Source: Ignavibacteriota bacterium (lineage in GTDB: Bacteria; Bacteroidota; Ignavibacteria; UBA10030; CAVZMI01). From it: 64,000 nucleotides of DNA. The stretch covers positions 6,933 through 70,932 of the forward strand of contig CAWIHK010000001.1 in NCBI GenBank assembly GCA_963835935.1. The letters run 5' to 3'. Each line of letters begins with the position of its first letter. The stretch's first letter is position 1. The translations under genes were made by a program, and so were the position numbers. Shown here one piece after another: positions 19,127-30,774 of this stretch. The notes below the pieces were generated by a model. That model was not told where the DNA came from. It searched no databases and worked only from the letters and a program-made list of their open reading frames with translations.

Positions 19127-21238
19127 ATGGATATTATAGAAATCATTTCTTCGTTACATGAGATCGCGTACAATTTATGGTGGACTTGGAATCCTGAAGC
19201 ACAGGAAATTTTTGCAGAACTTTCACCTTATACCTGGCGATTTTCGAATCATAATCCTGTAGCGGTCCTCAAGCATGTCTCGGAACAGGAATTGTCGTCG
19301 CGTCTTCATGAAACAGATTTTTCACAGCGCATTGAACAAGTGGTTGAAGAATTCCGATCGTACATGGCCAAGAAGAGTACTTGGTGTGAAAATCCTAACT
19401 CAACCGATCTCGAAGAACCAATTGCTTACTTCAGCGCCGAATTTGGGTTGCACGAATGTCTTCCCATCTATTCCGGAGGCCTCGGAATTCTCGCCGGCGA
19501 CTTTACAAAATCAGCCAGCGATCTCGGAATCCCTTTCGTCGGCATTAGTCTTTTTTACAGGTACGGTTATTTTCAACAGAGAATCGCGCCGGATGGCTGG
19601 CAGCATGAAGAATATCCCGCACATGATCCGGCTACCCTTCCGATCAAACTTGTCGCCGATGACTTCGGCATACCGATCATCGTCAGTGTCGAAATCAACC
19701 ATACAAATGTTTCATTCCATGCGTGGGAAGTCAATGTTGGTCGGGCAAAAATATATCTACTCGATACGAACAGGCCCGAAAACGAAGAACATCTCCGCGA
19801 TCTAACAGGAAGAGTTTACGGCGGGGATACCAGTATCCGTATCTCGCAGGAGATTGTACTCGGCATCGGCGGCGTTCGCTTGCTTCGAGCTCTCGGCATT
19901 ACACCTCGCATGTACCATATGAACGAAGGACATTCGGCATTCCTTACACTCGAATTATTACGTGAACAGCTTGCTGAAGGAAAAACTCCAGAAGAAGCCC
20001 ATGAAAATATCCGGACGAAATGTCTTTTTACAACACACACACCCGTTCCTGCAGGACATGACAGATTCACTCCGGGATTATTCGAATTTATGTTTTCGCG
20101 CTTTTCACAAAATATTCCTTTACCGATGAAAAAACTGCTCGCCTACGGCAAGGTGAATCCGGATGATGATCATGAACAATTTTGTATGACGGTCTTGGCT
20201 TTACGAATGAGCGCACAAGCAAACGGAGTCAGTGAATTGCACGGTGAGGTCAGCCGAGAAATGTGGAAATCGTTGTATCCGTCTGTCGAGGTTGATAAAA
20301 TTCCAATCGGTCATGTGACGAATGGAATATACACCGCCGGCTGGGCATTGGAAACTGCACATCAATTTTGGAAAAAGCGCTTCGGGTTCGACTGGACAGA
20401 ACGCTTGCTGGATCAATCGTACTGGAAAGAATTAGCATCAGGCAATTATGCAAACGATGGACAACTATGGGCTCTCCGCTACACCTTGCGGCGAAATTTA
20501 ATTGAATTTGTCCGTCGGCGTTTGAGAGAACAACATACGCGTCACGGAGAAGATGCGGCAGGAATTTTTGATTCTATTCTTTCGGCTGATAAAATCACAA
20601 TCTGTTTCGCCAGACGGTTTGCTACTTACAAGCGTGCACCTCTTCTGTTCAGAAACATGGAACGGATTATCGACATCGTGAATAATCCTCATCGTCCTGC
20701 ACAAATTATTTTCTCGGGAAAAGCTCATCCGAGAGACGATGATGGAAAACGATTCATCAAATTTATTATCGAGATGACGCGGCATCCTCAATTGTTCGGG
20801 AAAGTAATTTTCCTTGAAGACTATGACATCAATGTAGCACGTTATCTCGTAGCAGGTGCTGACGTTTGGCTGAACACACCACGCCGTCCTCTCGAAGCAA
20901 GCGGTACGAGCGGAATGAAAATTGCAATTCATGGCGGATTGCATGTCAGCACACTTGACGGATGGTGGCGAGAAGCGTTCGATGGTGAAAACGGTTGGGC
21001 TATCGGTGAAGACGCCGCTAACGACGATCAGGAGTGCCAGGATGCTCAAGATGCCGCATCCCTATATAAGACACTAGAACAAGATATCGTTCCGCTTTTT
21101 TATCAACGAGATGCTGATGGTATTCCACATGGATGGATCCGCCGAATTAGACATTCGATGAGTACAATCATCCCGGCATATAGCGCCGAGCGGATGGTTG
21201 CCGATTATATAAAAAAATACTATCATACAATACAATAA
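19127..21238 (+). CDS. glgP: Alpha-glucan phosphorylase
   Basis: YSGGLGILAGD, HMNEGH, ARRFATYKR, EASGTSGMK (PLP lysine). Confidence 0.96.
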   Translation: MDIIEIISSLHEIAYNLWWTWNPEAQEIFAELSPYTWRFSNHNPVAVLKHVSEQELSSRLHETDFSQRIEQVVEEFRSYMAKKSTWCENPNSTDLEEPIAYFSAEFGLHECLPIYSGGLGILAGDFTKSASDLGIPFVGISLFYRYGYFQQRIAPDGWQHEEYPAHDPATLPIKLVADDFGIPIIVSVEINHTNVSFHAWEVNVGRAKIYLLDTNRPENEEHLRDLTGRVYGGDTSIRISQEIVLGIGGVRLLRALGITPRMYHMNEGHSAFLTLELLREQLAEGKTPEEAHENIRTKCLFTTHTPVPAGHDRFTPGLFEFMFSRFSQNIPLPMKKLLAYGKVNPDDDHEQFCMTVLALRMSAQANGVSELHGEVSREMWKSLYPSVEVDKIPIGHVTNGIYTAGWALETAHQFWKKRFGFDWTERLLDQSYWKELASGNYANDGQLWALRYTLRRNLIEFVRRRLREQHTRHGEDAAGIFDSILSADKITICFARRFATYKRAPLLFRNMERIIDIVNNPHRPAQIIFSGKAHPRDDDGKRFIKFIIEMTRHPQLFGKVIFLEDYDINVARYLVAGADVWLNTPRRPLEASGTSGMKIAIHGGLHVSTLDGWWREAFDGENGWAIGEDAANDDQECQDAQDAASLYKTLEQDIVPLFYQRDADGIPHGWIRRIRHSMSTIIPAYSAERMVADYIKKYYHTIQ

Positions 21239-21466
21239 TACCCGAATATGCTACGAAATAGTTACATCTTTTTTTGATCTAAATAAAGGTAAAAATCATT
21301 AAAAAGATGTTCGGGCAAGAAAATATCAACCTCGTGATATATCTAATGCTTAATCTGTATTATAAGGATGAACAAGACTATTATTAAAAAATATACACTT
21401 TACACTTGAAACTATACCTTTCATTTTGTATCATAAATTGAGGATTTGCAAATACTCGGAAGGTTT

Positions 21467-22528
21467 ATGTCTGATAGAAGTTCGGCTGATCGATTGAAAC
21501 GCGCTGGGGATTTTTTCAAGCGAAGAGAATATGAAAAAGCCCTTGAAGAACTTGACCTCCTGCTGAAGGACGAGCCGAATAACATGTATGCCCGTGCTGC
21601 GAGAGAGAAAGTACGAACTACCCGGGATTTGGCATTTGAACTTGGAGCGTCTGAGCGCACGAAAGACCTGGAAAAAAAGAAGATGATGGCCATTGAGACT
21701 TCTCAACGGACTGAACATCAACAACTTCTCGCTAAGATTGAAGAAGAAGGACAAAAGCGCCGTAATAATGAAATCCAGAAAAAAGTAGAAGCGGACCAAA
21801 CTCGTGTCAACGATGAACGCCAACATCGTTACATTACAGCTTTGTCCGAAGCATGGTCCGATGGCATGCTCACTGAAATCGAAGCGCAGCACCTTGCAGA
21901 ACTCCGTGAAAAATTAAAAATCGAACCTGCAATTCACGACGAGTTCCAACCAAAAGTGAGACTTGATGCATACGTTAACGCTTTGCGCGAGGCATGCCGT
22001 TCAGGCCAAGCTTCGATCAGCAAGCCGGATACGTTTGAGGAGCTGAGGCAGCGTTTTGGAATTTCATTCGACGAACATATGAAAGTTGCCGGCGCAATCG
22101 CATGGCAGTTAAAAGTAGCTGAAACCAAAGGCGCGGTAGTTGTGGTCGATGACGATCCATTGACTCTTCGAATTGTAAGAATGAATTTTGAACAGGTCGG
22201 ATACATCGTAGAAACATTTAATGATTGTGAAGAGGCTTTACAGTTTATCACGGAACATCGACCTGATCTGGTCATTTCCGATATTGTATTCACACCTCCG
22301 AAAATTAATGGTTTCGCATTCTTTGAAAAAATTCGCCAGACTCCCTCTTTAGTGCCGATACCTTTTATTACAATGAGTGCGATGTCAGACAGGCCGCGAA
22401 TCATAGCCGGAATGCGGCTGGGCATCGACGACTTTTTTGCGAAGCCGCTTGATTTTGCTTTACTCCTAGCTTCTGCAGAAGGGAAAATTCGACACTTCCA
22501 TGAACTGATGAAGCACCATTACACTTGA
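21467..22528 (+). CDS. Response regulator with N-terminal TPR/coiled-coil region and C-terminal receiver domain
   Basis: VVVDDD, PDLVISDIVF, AKP in the C-terminal part; ATG at 21467 has a GGAAGG RBS. Confidence 0.82.
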   Translation: MSDRSSADRLKRAGDFFKRREYEKALEELDLLLKDEPNNMYARAAREKVRTTRDLAFELGASERTKDLEKKKMMAIETSQRTEHQQLLAKIEEEGQKRRNNEIQKKVEADQTRVNDERQHRYITALSEAWSDGMLTEIEAQHLAELREKLKIEPAIHDEFQPKVRLDAYVNALREACRSGQASISKPDTFEELRQRFGISFDEHMKVAGAIAWQLKVAETKGAVVVVDDDPLTLRIVRMNFEQVGYIVETFNDCEEALQFITEHRPDLVISDIVFTPPKINGFAFFEKIRQTPSLVPIPFITMSAMSDRPRIIAGMRLGIDDFFAKPLDFALLLASAEGKIRHFHELMKHHYT

Positions 22529-22603
22529 TATGACCGGAATAGTAATCCTTAATTTCGATTAGCCAATCATTGATTTTTCATTATTACTAATTATAGAGTA
22601 TTC

Positions 22604-22975
22604 ATGAATCTCATCCATCTCGACCATGAACCCCCATTAGCAATATATCGGTGGGGATGGCGTTATCATCATATCGGAATCCCTGTACAACATCAAATCC
22701 CAAATGAATATTATATTCCACATTTAAAAATTGCAGTGGCAGGATTTGAGACAAGCCCATGCGGAATCCAGTGGATGCGATTTGATAATGATGCACCTTA
22801 TCCTGAAATTATCAAAACGCTTCCTCATGTCGCATTTGAAGTCGATGATTTGGACAAGGCAATCGAAGGCATGGAAATCATTGTGCCACCTAATTCACCT
22901 TCAAACGGTGTTCGGGTTGCGATGATTGTACACGATGGTGCACCGGTGGAGTTGATGGAATTCAACAAGAGATAG
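22604..22975 (+). CDS. VOC/glyoxalase-like protein
   Basis: YHHIGIP, HVAFEVDDL, PVELMEF. Confidence 0.75.
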   Translation: MNLIHLDHEPPLAIYRWGWRYHHIGIPVQHQIPNEYYIPHLKIAVAGFETSPCGIQWMRFDNDAPYPEIIKTLPHVAFEVDDLDKAIEGMEIIVPPNSPSNGVRVAMIVHDGAPVELMEFNKR

Positions 22976-22988
22976 AAGCATTTTCCCT

Positions 22989-23828
22989 ATGCTGTTCATC
23001 GCCGTGAAAAAAAATACGATACTGTTTCCGATTATGATTGCCGTCGCCATTCTTTTCCTGATTGGTTGCGGCAGCACACAGGAATTACAAACCGTTTCCC
23101 AAAAGCAATCCCCACTCTTTAAATTGTGGAAGAATGATTCATTGTTGAAGATAATTCAGAGAAAAAAAATTTATCTCGCCGATTTTTCCGGTGATCCATC
23201 CTCCTACTTTGCCGAGCAATGCGAATATTTCTTTAATAAACTCCAACCACAAAAGATATTTATTCATCCGACGGACTCGTTCTTGCGGTCTTCCAACCAG
23301 AATGTACTGAATGATACCTTTATGTTTTCTACGCCGCTTCACTTTCGGACAGACGGCACGATGACAGGTACCATTACAAGAGATGATATCTCTGCAATAT
23401 TGTTCGATGCGGATTATGGTAAAAACTTATGGAGTGTAAAAATTCCACTCATTTGGTACCCGCGAACCTCTTTAAACCAGCGCCTCAGAATTGCAGCAGC
23501 ACAATTAGTCAGCACATTCACAGACGCCGAATTCGGCCTTTATGTCATGGAACCTGAATGGTATTCGAAAGAATTTCGGCAACTCCACATGATCAATGAT
23601 GATGCCGGTGTTGTTGTCGATGATTATACCAACAATTCCCATGCAGGTGACGCAGGAATCGAGAAAAACGACCTTATAATCGCGGTCGATGATATCTTTA
23701 TCTACGACTTTCCGACAATGATTGCTTCAATATTTAATAAAAAGCCGGGGGATATAGTAATATTGTCGATCCTCCGGGATGGGAAAAAATTAACAAAATC
23801 GCTTCAACTTATCAGTCGTACTTTTTAG
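22989..23828 (+). CDS. Putative lipoprotein with C-terminal PDZ domain
   Basis: LIGC lipobox; SHAGDAGIEKNDLIIAVD...KPGDIVILSILRDG. Confidence 0.75.
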   Translation: MLFIAVKKNTILFPIMIAVAILFLIGCGSTQELQTVSQKQSPLFKLWKNDSLLKIIQRKKIYLADFSGDPSSYFAEQCEYFFNKLQPQKIFIHPTDSFLRSSNQNVLNDTFMFSTPLHFRTDGTMTGTITRDDISAILFDADYGKNLWSVKIPLIWYPRTSLNQRLRIAAAQLVSTFTDAEFGLYVMEPEWYSKEFRQLHMINDDAGVVVDDYTNNSHAGDAGIEKNDLIIAVDDIFIYDFPTMIASIFNKKPGDIVILSILRDGKKLTKSLQLISRTF

Positions 23829-24141
23829 TCTGATATTTTACCAACAAAGTTTGATGTGGATATCCCGTATTTATATTTTGATTTTTTGGTTTTTACGAAA
23901 TTGCACATAAAAAATGCTTGCGTTTAAATAAAAAATCGTCTAAGTTGCGGGTGCAAATAACAGTACACCGTGTTTTGCGCTTAATACACAATCACGTGGC
24001 TCGAAATATTTTTCGCCCAGCATATGTGTGATCCTCGCGGTTTGAGTTCCCCCGGAAACACGTTCGTGACGCATTGCGTTATTAAGAGGCAACAAAGGCT
24101 GTACAGATCTTTTGTACAATTTTGTAGAAAGGGTTTGTTCC

Positions 24142-24348
24142 ATGGAACAGGGAACAGTGAAGTGGTTCAACGCCGCGAAGGGTTATGGTTTTATTCAACG
24201 GCCTTCGGGAGAAGATGTTTTCGTCCACTTTAAAGCCATCAACGGCGACGGCTACCGTTCGCTAAACCAAGGCGACAAGGTAGAATTCGAAGTTGAAAAC
24301 GGTCCGAAAGGGCTTCAAGCCGCAAACGTCACAAAAATTCCACAGTAA
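24142..24348 (+). CDS. cspA: Cold-shock protein (CspA family)
   Basis: [18 protein letters not shown]...DVFVHF...[10 protein letters not shown]; start corrected to 24142. Confidence 0.96.
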   Translation: MEQGTVKWFNAAKGYGFIQRPSGEDVFVHFKAINGDGYRSLNQGDKVEFEVENGPKGLQAANVTKIPQ

Positions 24349-24370
24349 CGTGTAAGGTTTGCCGACTCAT

Positions 24371-24409
24371 CCGAAGTCTCACCCAAAAGGTGAGACTTCG
24401 GCGTTTTTA
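24371..24409 (+). terminator. Intrinsic terminator after csp
   Basis: 13-bp perfect stem ccgaagtctcacc/ggtgagacttcgg followed by cgttttt. Confidence 0.85.
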
Positions 24410-24702
24410 TCAACCCCTTAAATATTTTCCATCACACAAAAATTAAAAACATTTAATCAACCATGCAACGTAAATGGTTAAAGAAATCCGTCATTTCACC
24501 GATAATAAAATTATAGACTTTATATGTTGCAAAACGAGCACTAAAAACAAATGTATTTTGTTCTTTTTAATCAAGAGATGATATCTGAAAATTAAGATAA
24601 AAGTTCTTCTTCGAAAAATGATTGTAACAAGAGCGTAAGTAAAAAGAATTTAATAAATGGATATCGTGGTAAATTAAAACCCTTCCACGAAAGGAAAATA
24701 AA

Positions 24703-24858
24703 ATGAAAGCTTTTTTCTGGACAGCCATCATAGCTTCAGCTATCGTGGTACCGTATCTCCTCTTCAAAAAAAGAGAAGATGAATTTTATTCACCCCTCAA
24801 CTATGATGGTTCACCTGGGTATGATATAGACGATTATCTGGATGATTCCGGTTTCTAA
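24703..24858 (+). CDS. Small (51 aa) single-TM protein, below the ORF-track cutoff
   Basis: AAGGA RBS; MKAFFWTAIIASAIVVPYLLFKKREDEFYSPLNYDGSPGYDIDDYLDDSGF. Confidence 0.65.
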   Translation: MKAFFWTAIIASAIVVPYLLFKKREDEFYSPLNYDGSPGYDIDDYLDDSGF

Positions 24859-24979
24859 TCAATGAATCAACCCAACAATCCTAACAGGGGGAAAGATACT
24901 TCTATTATATTGAAGCGAATGAATATCTACGTCTTTTTCAAAAATACCTGAGGAAGACAAATCATATCTATAATAACTA

Positions 24980-26296
24980 TTACTTCAGATAATATTTCAA
25001 CGGATTTGGAAAAACCCTACATTCTTCTGCCACTCGAAAATTATTAACAGCACCATCATCACGCAGCTTGTAAAGTTGCGGTACAATCCTGTCACGAATC
25101 TCGGTCGGTGTAAGAGGATTTATGTAAATGCTTGTTCCTCCTTCAAAGCCAGCGGGCACATTAATCCGCCATTTAATCATGATATGCCAGGGCATTTTAT
25201 GGACTGCATCGATTGGAGTATAGTACCATTCCTCATTGCATGAAATTTGGCTTCCCATAGCTTTATGAATTGCGTGAACGAGGTCGCTCATACCGCGGAT
25301 TTCTTCCTCGTTGTGTTCATACGGCCGACAATTGTATGATTTGGAATATATCTCGATCGTCGGGAAACGATGTCCGATTCCGACTAGAGCCATTGCATAA
25401 TCGTTTTCTGCAAACACAAGATTTAGCTGCGCTGCAAAATTCGCCCCGTTCTCATTGAAAACATTCGGATCCTCGCGAACCATGCGGATCTGTTGTGTAA
25501 TCGATTCACCCCATTCATCAAGAGCAACCAGTTGTTTGTGCAAATGGTCGAATGAAGCTCCTCCAGCTCTCAACCAATTTTGGAAAACGCTGATATATCG
25601 AATGTAGCGGTTGTTTTCAAAAATGCGCCTCATCGCCTGGATAGTAATTTTATAATACTGGAAGTGTTCTTCGGTTGTCATTTCGCCGGATGAGAACAAT
25701 TCAGTGTCCCATTGGGCGCCCACTTTATAATGTTTGCGGGCAATTATTAGTTCATGTCCGCCGCCGAAAAATGCATCCGCCATGGAAATCTTTTCTTCAA
25801 GCGGCATCGAATCGATATATTCATCGGTCTTTCCCCCCATCCGCATTTTATATGCAAGAATATTGAGGAGGTGATTGAGGCCGGCAGGATTGGCAATGTA
25901 TTCTTCGCGCCACGCACGGTTGGCTTCTGTCAAACGATAACCGTAATTTTTTCGCCAGTAATCGATCGTAACGATTTCGAATAAATTAGCAACACAACGA
26001 AATTCAGCAACTGTATTAAAATATTGATCTGGTGGAACGTGGAACAGATTAATGCAATTGCCATTCTGATTAATAAAACGCGCTTTTTCCGGCGGCGTGT
26101 CGAAATATCTTGTTTGACAAAAACTGCAATAATCCTCGAGTTCCTTTTTTTCGAGTCGTTTTGCTGTGGGTGGAATTTCATTAGCAATAGGTTTATTGAA
26201 GCGGCCTGGTACGGACCAAACTTCAGTACCTATAAACGGGTTAATTTGCTTTACGGTCCCGTCTGCCATAATATTGTAATAAACATTATTATGCAT
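24980..26296 (-). CDS. DUF4921-like protein (GalT/HIT-fold nucleotidyltransferase-like)
   Basis: FQNWLRAGGASFDHLHKQ resembles the GalT GASxxHxHxQ motif; CSFC zinc motif. Confidence 0.75.
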   Translation of the reverse strand: MHNNVYYNIMADGTVKQINPFIGTEVWSVPGRFNKPIANEIPPTAKRLEKKELEDYCSFCQTRYFDTPPEKARFINQNGNCINLFHVPPDQYFNTVAEFRCVANLFEIVTIDYWRKNYGYRLTEANRAWREEYIANPAGLNHLLNILAYKMRMGGKTDEYIDSMPLEEKISMADAFFGGGHELIIARKHYKVGAQWDTELFSSGEMTTEEHFQYYKITIQAMRRIFENNRYIRYISVFQNWLRAGGASFDHLHKQLVALDEWGESITQQIRMVREDPNVFNENGANFAAQLNLVFAENDYAMALVGIGHRFPTIEIYSKSYNCRPYEHNEEEIRGMSDLVHAIHKAMGSQISCNEEWYYTPIDAVHKMPWHIMIKWRINVPAGFEGGTSIYINPLTPTEIRDRIVPQLYKLRDDGAVNNFRVAEECRVFPNPLKYYLK

Positions 26297-26343
26297 ATCG
26301 CTTCCCTCTCAATTCCACTCTTCGAGTGCGATGAAAATCCGTT

Positions 26344-27750
26344 CTATTTTCCCGTTGCAGAGTGCAGTAGTGCCTCTACTTTTTCGGGACTGTCGGCTTC
26401 AGCATAAAATCTAATTATCGGTTCGGTTCCCGAAGCCCGCACAAGCAGCCAACCACCATCGATAAAAAATTTGTGTCCATCCGAATCGGATCGCAATTTC
26501 ACTGCATAACCGGCAACTTCTTTCACATTCTTACTGAACTTTGCCATAATCCGGTTCTTTTCTTTTTCTGTAAGGTGCGCGTCCTGACGGCTGAAGAAAT
26601 GAGGGCCATACTCATCAACCAATTCCTGGACAAGTTCACTCAATTTCTTTCCGCGTTTTGCCATGATTTCGCAAACAAGGAGGCCAAGATAAATTCCATC
26701 GCGCTCGGGCAGATGGCCTTTGACTCCAAGTCCGCCGCTCTCTTCGCCGGCGATTAAGATATCGCGCTCCACCATCAATTTACACAAATATTTAAATCCG
26801 ACTTGTGTTTCATGAAGCATCAAACCGTATTTCTCGCACATCTGATTGACCATGGTAGTGACGGAAATCGATTTTGCGACTTCACCCGTCATCTTCTTTT
26901 CTTCAACCAAATATTTTAAAATGATGCAGAAGATTTTATGAGAATCGACAAAGTTGGCTTGTTCATCGACCATGCCGATTCGATCTGCGTCTCCATCGGT
27001 AACCATCGCAACATCGTAACGGCCGCTCTTCATCAGTTCAATTGTTGCCGGCATGTTGGGCGGCAACGGCTCTGGATTTGCGCCTCCGAACGACGGGTTA
27101 AATTCCTGCCGGATTCCGGAAATCCCCGGGATGATTTGTTCCACCACACCCTGTCCGGCGCCGTGCATCGCATCATATAATATCCGGATCCCCTTCTGTT
27201 GAATTGCATCGCAATCGATCTTCGATTTAATATCGGGGATATAGATGTCATGCAAATTCAGCATTATAATTTTTTTCTTTTTGATCAAATCGGAAAGCGG
27301 CAACGCTTTTGCATACACCGATGACGACCTCTTTAAAATAGCAGGAAGTTTCTTCTCCACTTTTGCAACATCTTCAGGATCGGATGGTCCGCCGTATTCT
27401 CCTTTTAATTTATACCCATTATATTTTCCCGGATTGTGACTTGCCGTAATGACAACACCGGCGGCGGCATTCAATTTTTTCACCGCGAGAGAAATCGCGG
27501 GAGTAGTTGCAATCACCGGTGACAATATTACTTTAATATTTGCCGTTGCAATCACGCGAGCGGCGCCTTCCGCGAATTCCTTCGATTCAAAACGGGCATC
27601 GTAGCCTATTACAATTCCATTCTTAATTTTCTTGTGCTTTTTATAAAACTCTGCGGTCGCCTTGGCAACCACCGCAACATTTTCATATGTGAAATCGTCC
27701 GCGATGATCGCGCGCCATCCGTCGGTTCCGAATTTAATTTTCACACCCAT
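26344..27750 (-). CDS. Phosphoglucomutase/phosphomannomutase family protein
   Basis: FGTDG, TASHNP, DGDADR, GEESGG, RASGTEP. Confidence 0.95.
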   Translation of the reverse strand: MGVKIKFGTDGWRAIIADDFTYENVAVVAKATAEFYKKHKKIKNGIVIGYDARFESKEFAEGAARVIATANIKVILSPVIATTPAISLAVKKLNAAAGVVITASHNPGKYNGYKLKGEYGGPSDPEDVAKVEKKLPAILKRSSSVYAKALPLSDLIKKKKIIMLNLHDIYIPDIKSKIDCDAIQQKGIRILYDAMHGAGQGVVEQIIPGISGIRQEFNPSFGGANPEPLPPNMPATIELMKSGRYDVAMVTDGDADRIGMVDEQANFVDSHKIFCIILKYLVEEKKMTGEVAKSISVTTMVNQMCEKYGLMLHETQVGFKYLCKLMVERDILIAGEESGGLGVKGHLPERDGIYLGLLVCEIMAKRGKKLSELVQELVDEYGPHFFSRQDAHLTEKEKNRIMAKFSKNVKEVAGYAVKLRSDSDGHKFFIDGGWLLVRASGTEPIIRFYAEADSPEKVEALLHSATGK

Positions 27751-27784
27751 TGCATAATCCTTAATTATCTGTTTATAAACCGAG

Positions 27785-27816
27785 CAAGGGACGCGATTGA
27801 ATGCCGCGCCCCTTGT
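27785..27816. terminator. Stem-loop between eno and pgm (terminator or REP-like)
   Basis: caagggacgcg...cgcgccccttg imperfect inverted repeat. Confidence 0.45.
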
Positions 27817-27834
27817 AGTGGTAAAGATCGTGAT

Positions 27835-29124
<1,290 letters not shown>

Positions 29125-29227
29125 TCAATTTCCTTGTCTTAAAATTTGGGAATAATATTAAAATGTTCTTCCATAATGTTCAGAATTATGTAGAAATATA
29201 ATAAATAAAAAAGAAGGTGAAAAGCAA

Positions 29228-30589
29228 TTATCTTCTCCAACGATAGACGCATGATGACCAGAAAGCATCGGGGGGATAACTGTAAAATGTATAAACGGGA
29301 TTTTCAGCAAAACGCATTTCAGGACTTATTCCGAATCGGAATATCGCGTAATTCTGCTGGTATTCATACGCCCAAGCCTCGTTGTAAACTTCGCAGGTAA
29401 CCTGATCCGGCTGGCCTGCTACAATATAAACCATCCCCATCGGTGTCCGCCAACCTTCGACGTACGAGTTAAACAATTCATTTGCCTGTTGGACGCGTAA
29501 ATAAAATTCCTGCCTAAGAGATGTATTGAGAGTTTTAGCCCAGAACTCCTCCAATCGTCGTGCCCTTTCAATCTTGTCTGGCGGGGCTGTCAAGGAATCA
29601 AATTCATTTCGAAAAGCGATGTATGCCAACGGCGCTATTAATTCATCGACATCACGGATAGCCGGGAAATTGGGATTGTGAATCATCAATGAACGCCCTA
29701 TCGCAATTGTATCAACCTTGCCATCATGATAACGTGATACCTTTGAAACAATTTGATAATCGCCAGGTGGTGGAATCTTGAAAGTTGAAAAAATTTGTGA
29801 TGGTTGATTTTTTGAGACGAACATGGTGTCCCGATATATTGCAGCCGTGTCGAAATGCGGTGTGAACAAGCCGCTTGTCATGAAATATTCGTTAAGGTTA
29901 AATGGATTGTAGGTGTGTTTTTTTTCGTAATCAAGTGTGAATTTTCGGAGCGACGTGACGGCCCATATCGTGTCTCCGGATAAACTATCATACACTTCTT
30001 GAAATGAAGCTAACTCCTTCCCCTTCCCAAGATCATCAGGATGGATGGGAGAGATTGTATGGACACCATTCGCCTCGGCCACATCATTCAACAACATAAG
30101 ATCGCTCGCAGCGATCGTTGTATTCTCAGGACGGACAAAAAATTTTCTTGTTACTAAACGTTGCTGTAACGAACGGCCGTCTGAAATAGTTACTTCAAGC
30201 GAGTACTCTCCTGTTCCGAGCATGAATGAATGTAATCCTGGATCATATCGATCGATTGTAGTTTCAGCATAGGTGTTTACTGAAAGTGTTTTCGACGTTT
30301 CCCATGTCGCAACGGTTTTATCATCTCGATCTAAAACACTGAAAGTCAACGAATAATAAGCAGTAAATTTATTTCCCTCTTTCTCGAATTTTAAATTTTT
30401 GAAGGGAACCTCAAAAAGAATATCGACGCGGCTATTCCGGTTTGTCGCATAGTTCAAAATATCCAACTTAATGTCGGGCAGGAAGAATTTTTCCACCATT
30501 CGGGTGTAATAACAACGTGTGAAGTGCTGTGGCGATCCGCATCCAAGCAACATCATCAGAGAAAAGAAAAAAAAGATCGTCTTCTTCAT
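29228..30589 (-). CDS. GWxTD-domain-like lipoprotein
   Basis: LLGC lipobox; C-terminal FW...EFYLRVQQANELF...EGWRTPMGMVYIVAGQPD. Confidence 0.75.
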   Translation of the reverse strand: MKKTIFFFFSLMMLLGCGSPQHFTRCYYTRMVEKFFLPDIKLDILNYATNRNSRVDILFEVPFKNLKFEKEGNKFTAYYSLTFSVLDRDDKTVATWETSKTLSVNTYAETTIDRYDPGLHSFMLGTGEYSLEVTISDGRSLQQRLVTRKFFVRPENTTIAASDLMLLNDVAEANGVHTISPIHPDDLGKGKELASFQEVYDSLSGDTIWAVTSLRKFTLDYEKKHTYNPFNLNEYFMTSGLFTPHFDTAAIYRDTMFVSKNQPSQIFSTFKIPPPGDYQIVSKVSRYHDGKVDTIAIGRSLMIHNPNFPAIRDVDELIAPLAYIAFRNEFDSLTAPPDKIERARRLEEFWAKTLNTSLRQEFYLRVQQANELFNSYVEGWRTPMGMVYIVAGQPDQVTCEVYNEAWAYEYQQNYAIFRFGISPEMRFAENPVYTFYSYPPDAFWSSCVYRWRR

Positions 30590-30774
30590 TTTACTGTCCC
30601 CTTCCGTATGGCCGATCTCTTAAACAACACTAAAAATAATACCGGCAGAAAGAAAATGCAAGAAGAAGAGAATAGATAATAAATACAATCTATTCGAAAT
30701 AGTAACTATCAAAAAAAACGGATTATGAATTTTGATACTCATAATCCGTCACATTTTCAAAGAAATAAAATTGC

